Assembly (NCBI GenBank): GCA_001599295.1
Contig: BCGN01000007.1
Location: forward strand, 446,433-510,432
Length of the DNA stretch: 64,000 bases
Reading direction: 5' to 3'
Source of the DNA: Sporopachydermia quercuum
Lineage: Eukaryota
The notes beneath the pieces are model-generated. The model was not told the DNA's origin. It worked only from the letters and a program-made list of their open reading frames with translations, and ran no database searches. The position numbers and the translations under genes were made by a program. Positions 35,941 to 47,753 of the stretch are shown here, piece by piece. Position 1 is the stretch's first letter. Every line of letters starts with the position of its first letter.

Positions 35941-36530
35941 TGATGGTCACTTTGGATTGAGATTCGATTAGAATGCCCACAGCGTGTCGGACCGAGCCAA
36001 GATTAACTAACAAACAGCCAATGATATTACCGTCAATTAGTGTATACGTACTACAGCACAAGAAAAACAGTCAATGATACCTAAACTGGTTTAAAACTTT
36101 GATACAATCAATAATAGCCGATTTGACTGTCTAAATGGATCAATGATTTGGAATGTTTGTTTATGTTTAGTTCTTGTGGTGAGAAATGAGAGGAGATACG
36201 ANGTTGTTATTACTGATAGGGTCTGGGATATGGGACGAGACGGAGCATTGTAATATGCAGATATCTAGGTATCTGGAAGATATATGAACATTTAGAATTA
36301 GTAGTTTAATAGCTGATATAATCTATCTATATTATTATTAGATTCTCTGATACATTTTCCTAATATTACAGTTTTACCTCTATCTTCTATCTGCAGAAAT
36401 AATCTTTTATCTCTGGTTCCGAATACCTATCCCATCTCAAATAATAACATGCTTACGTAATACAAAATCCGCACCGTCCCATCACAGCCCCCTCTACACA
36501 TTCGTTTCCACAAATATAGCTTCACCTACT

Positions 36531-36570
36531 AAAAATTTTTTATTTTATATCTATCACCTTTATCATCTCT
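36531..36570 (+). promoter_or_regulatory. RRPE-like (AAAAATTTTT) and PAC-like (TCATCTC) elements upstream of RPA190
   Basis: Motifs are seen directly and are typical of ribosome-biogenesis promoters. Confidence 0.45.
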
Positions 36571-36960
36571 CGTTTTCATATTTCATTATCCGTATTTACT
36601 AACAAAACTTGCAATGAATTCTGAAATTCAGAGTTAATCGAATGGTAGATATAACTGGCAACTAACTGGAACAAGAAGTGGACACCAGTACCTTATCAGA
36701 AGACCATCATTGGATATTTGTTACCAATCGTCAGTTAGGACAAAGCCAGAATAAGATAGGCCCGCCTGTCTGCTGAATGAACTATTATTCCTATTTTTGT
36801 TGACATTATCATTGGCTATACTATAACTAGTTTGAGCATTAATCATCATTGATCGTCAGCAGTTATAGCATTGTATTATCCTACTCCTACCCTTGTACTG
36901 TGCAAGCATTCAGTATCCCACTTAGAATCTCCTTTCTGATTACAGTATTTATATAAGATC

Positions 36961-39900
36961 ATGGATATCGCTAAACCCATTGGCACAGAAATCACATCAG
37001 TGGATTTTGGGTTTCTCACGTCCAAAGAGATCAGACATTTATCCACCAAACAAATCACCAATCCCCAAGTATTCGATTCCCTTGGAAACCCAACTCCTTC
37101 TGGTTTATATGATTTGGCATTAGGTGCTTTCCTAAGAAATCTCTGTGCCACCTGTGGACTTGATGAAAAGGCTTGTCCCGGTCATTTAGGCCATATCGAA
37201 CTACCAATCCCGGTATATAATCCATTATTTTTCAGCCATATGTATGTCTTGCTTAGATCGGTGTGTGTCCATTGCTATGATTTCCGACTTTCACGATCTG
37301 AAACACATAAGTATATGTGTAAACTACGCCTTTTACAGTACGGATTAGTTTTAGAGGCCGAAGAAATAGACAATTTTCGCGTTAAGTCTGAGGACGACAC
37401 TTCCGATATTGGTTCCGAGGCTGAAGAAGCCGAAGATGATGGAGATATCCGAATGAGTTCTCGGAATTCTGGAAACGATAAGGATACAGAAACTCTATTC
37501 AAACTAAGAGAAGCCTTTGTTATTACCGCTATTGGCAAAGCAATTGCTGACGGCAGAACTTCCGAACTTGGTACTATCTCTTCCGTTCTAAACGAAGAAC
37601 GGAAACAGCTTATCCATGATTTCTACAAATCATTAATTTCTCGTACCAGATGCTTCAACTGTGGCTTATTTTCTCCGGGNTTCAGAAATGACGGTTATTC
37701 TAAAATCTTCTTAATGCCTCTAAAAGAAAAACAACAAGCACACAATAGAGCGAAAGGTGTCCATTCCGGTTTAAAAGCTGGTGCGGAAACTATTTTCCAA
37801 ACTCCATCAACAACATCCAAATACGTCATTTCTTCCGAAATCAGAAATCTGTTCCGCAATCTGTTCCGAATTCAACCGGATCTACTCAAATTCCTCTTCA
37901 ACTCAAGACCGAAAGCTACCAAACCGGTTTCTCCCGACATGTTCTTTATCTCATATGTAGTTGTTCCTGCTACTCGGTTTAGATTACCATCCAAGCTAGG
38001 AGAAGAAATCCATGAGAACTTCCAAAATGAGCTGTTATCGAAGATTTTAACAACCTCTTTACGAATCAGAGATATCAACGATACCATTGCGGGTTTTGTC
38101 AATGAAAAGAACGTTGCTGTTGAACGTTCTAATGCTTTTAATCAGCTTATGAATGCTTTCGTCACGCTTCAAAACGATGTGAACTCCTTCCTCGATTCTA
38201 CCAAAGCTCAAGCTCCTGCTGGAAAATTACCTTTGCCTGGTGTTAAACAGGCTTTGGAGAAGAAAGAAGGTCTTTTCCGAAAGCACATGATGGGTAAACG
38301 AGTGAATTACGCTGCTAGATCGGTCATTTCTCCTGATCCCAACTTGAGCACCAATGAGGTTGGTGTCCCACCAGTGTTTGCTGTGAAATTGACATACCCG
38401 GAACCAGTCACAGCTCACAATGTAGCGGAATTGCGTCAAGCTGTAATCAATGGTCCTACAGTTTGGCCTGGTGCTACCCAGATCCAAAGGGAAGATGGTT
38501 CTATTGTCTCCTTAACTGCTATGACGTTAGAACAGCGAACAGCTCTTGCCAACCAGTTATTGACTCCTACAGCTGGAGCTCCTCCTGGTGTGAACAAGAA
38601 AGTGTATCGTCATATCAAAAACAACGATGTGGTTTTAATGAATAGACAGCCTACTCTGCATAAGGCTTCCATGATGGGTCATAAAGTAAGAGTGTTGCCT
38701 GGCGAGAAGACATTGAGACTTCATTACGCTAATACTGGTGCCTACAACGCTGATTTCGATGGTGATGAAATGAATATGCATTTCCCTCAGAACGAGGCCG
38801 CTAGAGCGGAAGCCTTGTTTTTGGCTAATACCGACTCTCAATATCTAACTCCTACATCTGGTAAGCCCTTGAGAGGTTTGATTCAGGATCACATTACTGC
38901 TGGTGTATGGTTGACTAATAAAGACTCATTTTTTGACAGAGAAACGTATCAACAGCTTGTTTATTCCTGCTTGAGACCTGAAGATGGCCATACTTCTGCC
39001 GGACGGTTGAAGAGCTTACCACCAGTTATAGTGAAACCAAAGTCTCTATGGACGGGAAAGCAAGTCATATCTACAGTTTTATTGAATATCCAGCCTCTGG
39101 AACAACCTGGTTTGTTTCTCAAGAGCAAAAACAAAGTGAAAAATGAGTATTGGGGTTCTAAATCAGAAGAGAACACTGTTCTGTTTCATAACGGCGCTTT
39201 GCTCCAAGGTATTCTCGATAAGTCTCAATACGGTGCTGCTGATTATGGGTTGGTACATGCCGTCCATGAAGTTTATGGGCCAGCTATCGCCGGACAGCTT
39301 CTTTCAGCTCTAGGAAGATTATTCACAACTTACATGCTCCGAACAGGTTTCACCTGTGGTATGGATGATTTAAGACTCACAGAAGACGGCAATCGCTTAC
39401 GACAGGATATTCTTGCTAAAGCCGATACAGCAGGTGGTGCAGCAGCAGCAGAAGTTGTTGGCCTTGTTGAAGAAGAAGCCAAGAAAAACCCTGCCGAATT
39501 AAAGCGTCGTCTTGAGGAAATCCTCCGTGATGACGGTAAATTAGCTATTCTAGATGCCATTTCCCAGTCTAAGGTCAATGCTGTCTCATCCGAGGTTGTC
39601 TCCCGATGTGTNCCGTCCGGTACTCTCAAGAAATTCCCTGCCAACTCTATGCANCTTATGGCGTTGTCCGGTGCTAAAGGGTCCAATGTAAACGTGTCCC
39701 AAATCATGTGTCTTCTCGGACAGCAAGCTTTAGAAGGCCGCAGGGTCCCAGTTATGGTCTCGGGAAAGACCCTCCCTAGTTTTAAACCATTAGAAACAAA
39801 TGCTCGGGCTGGCGGTTATATCCGAGGCCGGTTTTATTCTGGTATTAGACCTCAGGAGTATTATTTCCATTGTATGGCTGGCCGAGAAGGTCTGATTGAT

Positions 39901-41847
39901 ACCGCCGTTAAAACATCCCGTTCAGGATATCTTCAGAGGTGTCTTATTAAACAGCTTGAAGGTGTTCATGTTGGATACGATTCTACAGTTAGAGACAACG
40001 ATGGAATGGTGATTCAATTTTTGTATGGTGGAGACGCAGTTGACGTCACCAAGGAATCGTATTTGAATCAGTTTGGTTTCTGTGCCGATAATTATGGCGC
40101 CTTACTGGGAAAACATCATCCAGAACGAATAGAAGCATTAAATACTGAAGATGCTATTGGATACGGCAAAAAGGTCAAGAAACAACTGAAAAAGAACCCG
40201 AACGCTGAAGTTGACCCAATTCTAGCGAAATTCAACCCTGGAAAATATTTAGGAGCTGTTTCCGAAAGATTCCAAACCGAACTGGATGCTTTCATTAAGG
40301 GAAGTGGTTCAAGATTCAGTAAAAAGGGCTCTCATGGTTCACTCACTGATAAGAAGTTCAAAGCATTGATGCAATTGAAGTATCAACAATCTCTAGTTAA
40401 TCCTGGTGAAGCCGTTGGCATTATTGCTGCTCAATCCATTGGTGAACCTTCTACTCAAATGACCCTGAACACATTCCATTTCGCTGGTCACGGTGCTGCT
40501 AATGTTACATTGGGTATTCCTCGTATGAGAGAAATTATTATGACAGCTTCTGCTTCCATCAAGACGCCCCAAATGACTTTACCAATTCTTGAAGACGTCA
40601 CTGATGAACAAGCCGACAGTTTCTGTAAGTCTGTGGCTAGAATTGTTATCTCAGAGCTTATTGATAAGGTCACTGTTGTGGAAACTTCAGGAACTTCAGA
40701 AGATGGAACAACAGCTAGACAATACACAGTAAAGGTTCAATTCTACACGCGGGAAGAATATGAAAACGAGTACGATGTCGATTCCAAGCAATTAGAAGGC
40801 GTTATTACTAGTAAATTGCTTACACAACTTGAAAAGCAATTGAAGCTTGAATTGAAGAAACAAAAGAAATCCAATGCCGAACTTCCAACCATTGGAAGAG
40901 CTAGTAGAAAGGTTCAACAAACAAGCGGGAAGATAGATGATGGTGATAATGATGATGAGCGACAAAAGACCACTGGTAAACAGTCTGTTTCTTATGATGA
41001 ACCTGATGAGGAGGAACTTGAAGCTATGAAGAAGGCTGAAGTAAGCGATAGTGAAGAAGGGGAATTAGAAGATAGTTCTGCTTCCGAAGCGTCGGACTCG
41101 GACTCGGACTCAGACCCAGATTCCGATTCCGATTCCGATTCTGAAGATACTGAGGCCTCCGATGCTGTCTCTAAAGCTGCCAGAGAACGGGAAATCGCTG
41201 TAATTGGCTCCCACTCTTTCATCACCAAGTATAAATTTGATGACAAAGCAGGTGAATGGTGCGAATTTCAATTGGAATTACCTGCCGGCAGTCAGAAATT
41301 GCTTATGGTGAACATCATTGAAACAATCTGTCAATCAGTAATCGTCAGGGAAATCCCTCATATTGGTAGGTGTTTAAGACCTAGCAGCCAAGGCAATAAA
41401 CGTGTTTTACTCACTGAAGGTGTCAACTTCAAAGCTATGTGGGATCAAGACGATTTCATTAACGTAGATGGCATCAGATCTAACGATATTGCCGCGGTAT
41501 TGAGAACTTATGGTGTTGAAGCTGCCAGAAACACCATTGTTAATGAAATCAACAATGTGTTTTCCACTTACGCTATTACCGTCAACCTTAGACATTTGGA
41601 TCTTATTGCTGATTTGATGACAAGAGAAGGTAGCTATTTACCTTTTAATCGTCAAGGTATTGATTCATGTACATCACCATTCAAGAAGATGAGTTATGAG
41701 ACAACCTGTCAATTTCTAACTAAAACCGTATTAAATGGTGACAGTGATGAATTGGATAGTCCTAGTAGTAAGATTGTGGTTGGTGGATTAGCAGATGTTG
41801 GTACAGGATCATTTGGTGTCTATACAGGAAGTATCGGAAGTAATTAA
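36961..41847 (+). CDS. RPA190: RNA polymerase I largest subunit A190
   Basis: MDIAKPIGTEITSVDFG start, Zn motif CATC..CPGHLGH, catalytic NADFDGD, TLNTFHFAG and an acidic expander region. Confidence 0.98.
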   Translation: MDIAKPIGTEITSVDFGFLTSKEIRHLSTKQITNPQVFDSLGNPTPSGLYDLALGAFLRNLCATCGLDEKACPGHLGHIELPIPVYNPLFFSHMYVLLRSVCVHCYDFRLSRSETHKYMCKLRLLQYGLVLEAEEIDNFRVKSEDDTSDIGSEAEEAEDDGDIRMSSRNSGNDKDTETLFKLREAFVITAIGKAIADGRTSELGTISSVLNEERKQLIHDFYKSLISRTRCFNCGLFSPXFRNDGYSKIFLMPLKEKQQAHNRAKGVHSGLKAGAETIFQTPSTTSKYVISSEIRNLFRNLFRIQPDLLKFLFNSRPKATKPVSPDMFFISYVVVPATRFRLPSKLGEEIHENFQNELLSKILTTSLRIRDINDTIAGFVNEKNVAVERSNAFNQLMNAFVTLQNDVNSFLDSTKAQAPAGKLPLPGVKQALEKKEGLFRKHMMGKRVNYAARSVISPDPNLSTNEVGVPPVFAVKLTYPEPVTAHNVAELRQAVINGPTVWPGATQIQREDGSIVSLTAMTLEQRTALANQLLTPTAGAPPGVNKKVYRHIKNNDVVLMNRQPTLHKASMMGHKVRVLPGEKTLRLHYANTGAYNADFDGDEMNMHFPQNEAARAEALFLANTDSQYLTPTSGKPLRGLIQDHITAGVWLTNKDSFFDRETYQQLVYSCLRPEDGHTSAGRLKSLPPVIVKPKSLWTGKQVISTVLLNIQPLEQPGLFLKSKNKVKNEYWGSKSEENTVLFHNGALLQGILDKSQYGAADYGLVHAVHEVYGPAIAGQLLSALGRLFTTYMLRTGFTCGMDDLRLTEDGNRLRQDILAKADTAGGAAAAEVVGLVEEEAKKNPAELKRRLEEILRDDGKLAILDAISQSKVNAVSSEVVSRCXPSGTLKKFPANSMXLMALSGAKGSNVNVSQIMCLLGQQALEGRRVPVMVSGKTLPSFKPLETNARAGGYIRGRFYSGIRPQEYYFHCMAGREGLIDTAVKTSRSGYLQRCLIKQLEGVHVGYDSTVRDNDGMVIQFLYGGDAVDVTKESYLNQFGFCADNYGALLGKHHPERIEALNTEDAIGYGKKVKKQLKKNPNAEVDPILAKFNPGKYLGAVSERFQTELDAFIKGSGSRFSKKGSHGSLTDKKFKALMQLKYQQSLVNPGEAVGIIAAQSIGEPSTQMTLNTFHFAGHGAANVTLGIPRMREIIMTASASIKTPQMTLPILEDVTDEQADSFCKSVARIVISELIDKVTVVETSGTSEDGTTARQYTVKVQFYTREEYENEYDVDSKQLEGVITSKLLTQLEKQLKLELKKQKKSNAELPTIGRASRKVQQTSGKIDDGDNDDERQKTTGKQSVSYDEPDEEELEAMKKAEVSDSEEGELEDSSASEASDSDSDSDPDSDSDSDSEDTEASDAVSKAAREREIAVIGSHSFITKYKFDDKAGEWCEFQLELPAGSQKLLMVNIIETICQSVIVREIPHIGRCLRPSSQGNKRVLLTEGVNFKAMWDQDDFINVDGIRSNDIAAVLRTYGVEAARNTIVNEINNVFSTYAITVNLRHLDLIADLMTREGSYLPFNRQGIDSCTSPFKKMSYETTCQFLTKTVLNGDSDELDSPSSKIVVGGLADVGTGSFGVYTGSIGSN

Positions 41848-42573
41848 TTTTAATTAAGGCGACTTGCATTGTGGATGAATACTGAATTGGAATAGGTGGG
41901 TTAAAGCTTGTATAGTGTATATAAATAGACATTCTGATGTATATGATATGATTTGGTGTGTTTTAAGATTATCATAAATTNTGTAATTAGTTTTTTTTTA
42001 CGGCATAATAGAAACATGTTATAGTTTTGCATTATTCTATATTTCCAATGAAGAAGAGGTTAGGTACAAGTTGCAGCGGTTACTTAGTTTAGACGTCAAC
42101 CTAACAAAGGCATTTAAGGTTAATATTNATGCAAATTACTGTATGTGTATGCAAGATATTTTGCAGTAGTGGTATTGCTGAGCTGGAGCTGTATTTTACT
42201 ATCATTCAGAAGNTATTCTACCAAATAAAATGGGTAATCTAAGATTAAATTCAATGAGCTTAATATTTATATAGTTGAAATACTTGTCAATACATTCAAC
42301 ATATCTGATCATTCAGACTCAAAACCTCACATGGAAATAACCTTAAAGCTCGTTATGTATGATCCTCAAACCTTAATTAATTATCTTTTTTGGGATTCGT
42401 TCTTCACCTCTTTCAACATGATCCAGCTAAAGTTCCGATTGAATACCCGTCATTACTACTAATAAACCAACTATATCAAATGCCAGCTTTCAATATAAAC
42501 CAACTATTGTCTAAATAAGACTACTCGCTCACTATTTAGTATATCAACGCCTCAATCTTCATTCCCCTTACGT

Positions 42574-45500
42574 TTACTCAATATCTAACACAGGTTTCAG
42601 ATTTCTCATCAATAACCAATCTTCACGTGCCACTGTATCTCTAAACATAGGATCCTTCAATGTATCGATACTCTTTCTTGAGATCAATGAATATAATGTA
42701 TCCTTCTCATCAACATGTCTACCCCATACTGGTTGTTGTCCAGATGGACCATCCAATCTCATTGCCACACCTTGATTAGTTTGCCCTTTCTTTACGAGAT
42801 CAATTGGTTTATGGTTGACTTCCAGACTCACCACTTTACCTAATTCCAAGATTTGCTTTTGTTTGGTTTCAGGATCAATCTTGACAGCAGCAATAGGTGT
42901 ACCAATTCGAACACTTCCTTCAACAACATCAACACCAATAATCATAGGATTTCTCTTGTTGATGATTTGTAAAGTCTTCAATACGCATGGGAAAATGGCT
43001 TGACCAATATTATCTTTACGTTTTGCTTCCAAGAGTTTCTTTTGATGAGCTGTGAATTCATCAAACAAATGATAAATGATATCCGCATTGAAGATCTTCA
43101 CTCCTTGTTCTTCTGCGTATTGTTCGGCCTCTTTATCGATCTTCACATCGAAACAGAGCATAACTGCAAATTCCTTAGCTTTATCAAGCATTGCCGCTGC
43201 CTTCATGACATCTCTTTTAAAAACAGGACCAATGCCAATAGACATCACTGGAATCTTCATATCTTTGAGGAAATCCAATAAAGCTTCCAAAGCACCTAAA
43301 GTAGATGCTTGAACAGTGACACCTCTGCCTGAGGAGTCTACAGAGTCTAAAAGACCAGTCAAATCATCCATAACGTCATCCATGAGTTCTTCTTCATCGT
43401 CACTAGGTCCAACAACAAGCAGCTGGGAACCAGCAACAGCCTTTTCTAAATCATTAGCAGCAATCTTCACACCCAAAGCAGCCTTCACTTCCTTATGATG
43501 AACATATTGTGATTTAATACGTAATTCACGTAACGGTTGTGGTGTAAGCAGCGCTCGAATATTCGTAGCAATAGGTCCATTGAGACCGCATAAAACTATC
43601 CTGTCACCTTCTTTGAGAATACCATTAGAAAGAATAACGTCAATAGTAGTACCAAGACCTTCTACGACCTTAACTTCGAGAATAGTAGCCTCAATAGATG
43701 ATAAGTACATCAATTGTTTGCTCATACGTTTCTGAGTTAACTCTAAGAGTAACCATAGTAAATCTGGGACACCTTCACCAGTTACAGCAGATGTAGGAAC
43801 AATAGAAACAAACTTGGATAAATTCTTGTTTTGATAGTATAATTCAGAGTTCAACCCTTGTTCAGCTAATGCTAATTTGATTTGGTCTAAACGATCTTTG
43901 AATTCATTTATAACACCTTTGTTTTGTCTAGAAAGTGAATCACGGAATGCATTGTTAGGAGTAGTTTCCCAACCATATAAACGATCGATTTTATTGAGAG
44001 CCACAATGAATGGAGTTTTTCTGTCTCTTAAAAGTCTGATGGATTCCAAAGTTTGTTGTTCTAAACCGTGAGTAATATCAATAACAAGAATAGCAATGTT
44101 ACATAATGAAGAACCTCTGGAACGGAGATTAGAGAAGGACTCGTGACCTGGAGTATCAATGATCAGAAGACCTGGAACAGAATAGTCTTGAGTTTCGTAT
44201 TTATTCATAACTTGAGTCTTTTGTTCAATGGCTTCGATAGGGAAATAGGTGGCACCGATTTGCTGAGTAATACCACCGGCTTCTCCTTCCTGGACGTTGG
44301 TTTGACGGATCTTATCAAGCAATTTGGTCTTACCAGTATCTACATGACCAAGAATACAACAGATAGGAGATCTGAGGTTTTCTGTACGTTTTGATTTGGG
44401 TGCTTTCTTTTCTGTCTCTTGTTTGCTGACAGATGAATTGGTGACTACTGCAGCAGGAGCACTCGCAGTGGTAGAGGTAGCCTTCGCAGCTTCAGCTTTG
44501 GCGGCAGCTTTAGCCTCGGCTTCGGTTTCAGCTTTAGTAGTCTCAGCTTCAGTGTCTTTGGTGGTTTTAGTTTCATCATCACTGAGGGCACCAGCTTCCC
44601 AGCTGTCCAAAACACCATCATCTTCAGCGGCATCTTCCCAGCTTTCCACTAAAGGAGCTTCCTCAACTACTTCCGGTTCCTCCTCCTCTTTTGCAGATTC
44701 AGCAGCAGGTTTTATTTCTGGCTCGGGAGTAGCAGTGCCCTTCTTCTTCTTATTGCCATACACAGGTCGTTTTGGCTTATTATCATTTGTATTTAAACCT
44801 TCAACAACAACACCCGATTGCAGGAGTTCTTCCCTTCTTTTTTCCATCAATCGTTTTTGTTCCTTTTGCTTCTTAGTAAGTAATAAACCAGCGGCCTTCT
44901 TTTCTTCTCGCTTTTGTCTTTCGCGTTCCTTCTTTCTCAAACGAGCCTCTTCTTTAGCTTTTTCTTCTTCTTCTGATTTCTTTTCTTCTTCAGCTAAACG
45001 TTTCAGCTCTTCTTCCTCAGCACGCTTCTGTTCTTCTTCTAAAGCCTTTTGAGCAGCTAAACGTTTCTGTAAAGCAGCAATATGAGCAGGTACTTTCTTA
45101 CCAGCTGCTGTAGCTGCTGCATCAGTTGAGGCAGCAGCAGAAGCACTAGCAGCTTTCTCATTAGCTTTGGCACTGGCATCTCCTTTAGCAGCTTGCAGAG
45201 CTGCTTTTTTGGCCTTTTCCTTTTCCTTCTTCTTTGCCTTTTCTTTTTCCTTCTTTTCCTTTTCCTTCTCCTTTTTACTCTTCAGCTGCACAGCAGGCTT
45301 ATTTGAACCATTGCTCTTCTCATTGCTGTCGTCTGTCTTGATGTCCTTCTTCTTTTTTGATTTTCTCAAAGCTGAAAGAAAATCATCTTCAGGGAAATCT
45401 TCCTCTGCAGTAGCTACTTCAAATCCAGATTCTGCTGTGGGTTCAGGAGTAGCCTCCGTAGCAGATTCAACCTCCTTAGAGACTCCGAACTCTTCTGCCT

Positions 45501-45878
45501 GAGGAGCATCTTCTTCAAAGTCCTCGTCCCAGTAATCGCCACCAGATTTTCCTTTGGCTCTAAACGATACAGTTAGTATACATCGTAATGTTCAAATGAC
45601 ACAATCAATGGAGAGTACCTGTGATTACGCTAGGTACAGAAATAATAAACACTAGGCATTTGATGACCAGCAAAATAGCACAAGAAATAATAAATAATAA
45701 ATGAGAAAAATAAAAAGAGAATAGTAAAAAACATCATAGAACTCTGCAACGCTTTCCAAGTGCGTTCTGACGCTTTTCCCAGACTCCAAGCTACTAGATC
45801 TCCGATTTCCCTGGTCATTCATCGTTTATTTTGCCCTTATGGTACGTCTCAAAGCTTCGATACATACTTCTTACCCAT
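42574..45878 (-). CDS. FUN12: Translation initiation factor eIF5B; join(45878..45868,45559..42574)
   Basis: [25 protein letters not shown] and NKID motifs. ATG GGT AAG AA|GTATGT(45867)...TACTAAC...TAG(45560) gives [18 protein letters not shown] in frame with the ORF. Confidence 0.96.
45560..45867 (-). other. Spliceosomal intron (308 nt) in FUN12
   Basis: GTATGT donor, TACTAAC at 45578-45572, TTTAG acceptor; frame restored. Confidence 0.9.
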
Positions 45879-46099
45879 TTTCACTGATTAATGCAATAAA
45901 TATGTGTTCAAACAAACACAAATCAGTTTCTAAAAACGATGGAGCAGCTGTATAATAAACTGTCCTAATTTGAATACTTGTTCTGTAGATTCTACAAATT
46001 TTCTCGATCCTCAATAAACCTTTCAGTATGCTAATTGATGATGCGATGTATGCTGATACCTTCTTTCACCGATTCTGCTTACGATTTTGTGTTTGAAAA

Positions 46100-46290
46100 A
46101 AGGATGAAAAAAATTGAAATGTGAAAAGTTTCAAACATTACCCGGCAGAGGAACTATTCAGGGGGTACATAGTAGATATATATTGTGTCCCATATAGGGG
46201 GGAGAAACATCTCATATCGCACCAAATTTTTTTATGTGTTAACTTAGCGAAAACTTACACAAAGCTTACAGTGAAAGTTCAAGATGAGAC
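46100..46290. promoter_or_regulatory. Divergent FUN12/RBG1 promoter with Reb1 site and RRPE/PAC-like motifs
   Basis: TTACCCGG at 46138-46145, TGAAAAAAATT near 46105, TGAAAAGTTT near 46122 and GATGAG near 46283. Confidence 0.55.
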
Positions 46291-46494
46291 TCATTAATAT
46301 GGAAGACCAATCGTTAGAAATTTTGTTCCTGTTCGTATATTAATGTTGCGAAGAGAACCTATTGAAGCATTTATATTGAGTATAAAGGTATAATTCAGTA
46401 TTTTTTGTTTGCTGAAGCTTGTTGTTTGTTTTTTGTTGAACTTGCTGTGTACCGGAAAGCAAGGAAAAAGATAGCAAGACAAACCGTTTCCACC

Positions 46495-47753
46495 ATGTCG
46501 ACTACTGTAGAAAAAGTATGTTCAACCATAAGAAGAGTTCATCAGTGTCATTTGAGTATCCAGTTTGCTGTAAGTCACAGTTATCATGACTAACCAACTT
46601 TATAGATTAAAGAAATAGAGCTGGAGATGTCTCGTACCCAGAAAAACAAAGCCACAAGTTTCCATCTGGGTCAACTGAAGGCTAAGCTTGGTAAGTATAA
46701 TACAGAGGTCGCAGCAGTATACTTTATGTCCCACCACTAACAATTACAGCAAAATTAAGAAGAGAACTACTGGCACCTTCTGGTGGCTCTGGCGGTGGTT
46801 CAGGTGGTGCAGGCTTTGATGTAGCTAGAACAGGTGTGGCTTCCGTAGGATTTATTGGTTTCCCTTCCGTAGGTAAATCAACTTTACTATCAAAGTTAAC
46901 TGGCACCCATTCTGAAGCTGCTGCCTACGAATTCACAACTTTGACCACCGTTCCTGGTACTATTAAATTTAAAGGTGCCAAGATCCAAATGCTTGATTTG
47001 CCTGGTATTATCGAAGGTGCCAAAGATGGTAAAGGTAGAGGTAAACAAGTTATTGCTGTAGCTAGAACTTGCAACCTGATTTTCATTGTGTTGGATGTCA
47101 ACAAACCTTTGATTCATAAGCAGATCATTGAGAAGGAATTGGAAGGTTTCGGCATTCGCATCAACAAAGTTCCTCCTAATATAGTTTTCCAAAAGAAAGA
47201 ACGAGGTGGTATCAATATCACCAATACTGTGCCATTAACACATTTAGATCCTGGTGAGATCAAAGCTGTTATGGGTGAATATAGAATCAACTCTGCTAAT
47301 ATTGCTTTCAGATGTGATGCCACTGTTGATGACTTGATTGATGTTTTAGAAGCTCAAAACAGAAAATATATTCCGGTGATTTATGTCCTTAATAAGATCG
47401 ATTCTATCTCTATAGAAGAATTAGATCTACTATACAGAATTCCCAACGCTGTACCCATTTCCTCGGAGCATGGTTGGAATCTTGATGAGTTATTGGAAGA
47501 AATGTGGAAGAAATTGAACTTGGTAAGAGTGTACACCAAACCAAAGGGTCGTATGCCTGACTATACGGATCCTGTGGTGTTGAGGAAGAGTGCATCAACT
47601 GTTGAGGACTTTTGTAATCAAATTCATAAGTCGCTGGTGGAGGATTTCAAAACTGCCGTGGTTTATGGTACGAGTGTCAAGCATCAACCTCAATACGTTG
47701 GTTTATCTCATACGTTGGAGGACGAAGACGTTGTTACTATTTTGAAGAAGTAA
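46495..47753 (+). CDS. RBG1: DRG-family ribosome-interacting GTPase; join(46495..46515,46606..46690,46750..47753)
   Basis: Spliced N-terminus [43 protein letters not shown], plus [21 protein letters not shown] and a TGS domain. Confidence 0.96.
46516..46605 (+). other. RBG1 intron 1 (90 nt)
   Basis: GTATGT...GACTAAC(46588)...TAG. Confidence 0.9.
46691..46749 (+). other. RBG1 intron 2 (59 nt)
   Basis: GTAAGT...CACTAAC(46735)...CAG. Removal restores the conserved KLAKLRRE. Confidence 0.9.

Noticed and set aside
35950..36051. Possible upstream intron (GTACGT...TTCTAAT...AAG) that could extend Nup96 N-terminally
   Set aside because: The signals are weak, and splicing would leave the in-frame TGA and create only an out-of-frame ATG; there is no upstream coding exon.
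46621..46680. Possible CUG codon reassignment (CTG at a variable position in RBG1 'IE-L-EM')
   Set aside because: CTG encodes invariant Leu in RBG1 HLGQLK (twice) and in RPA190 GLID and TLNTFH, which supports the standard code.
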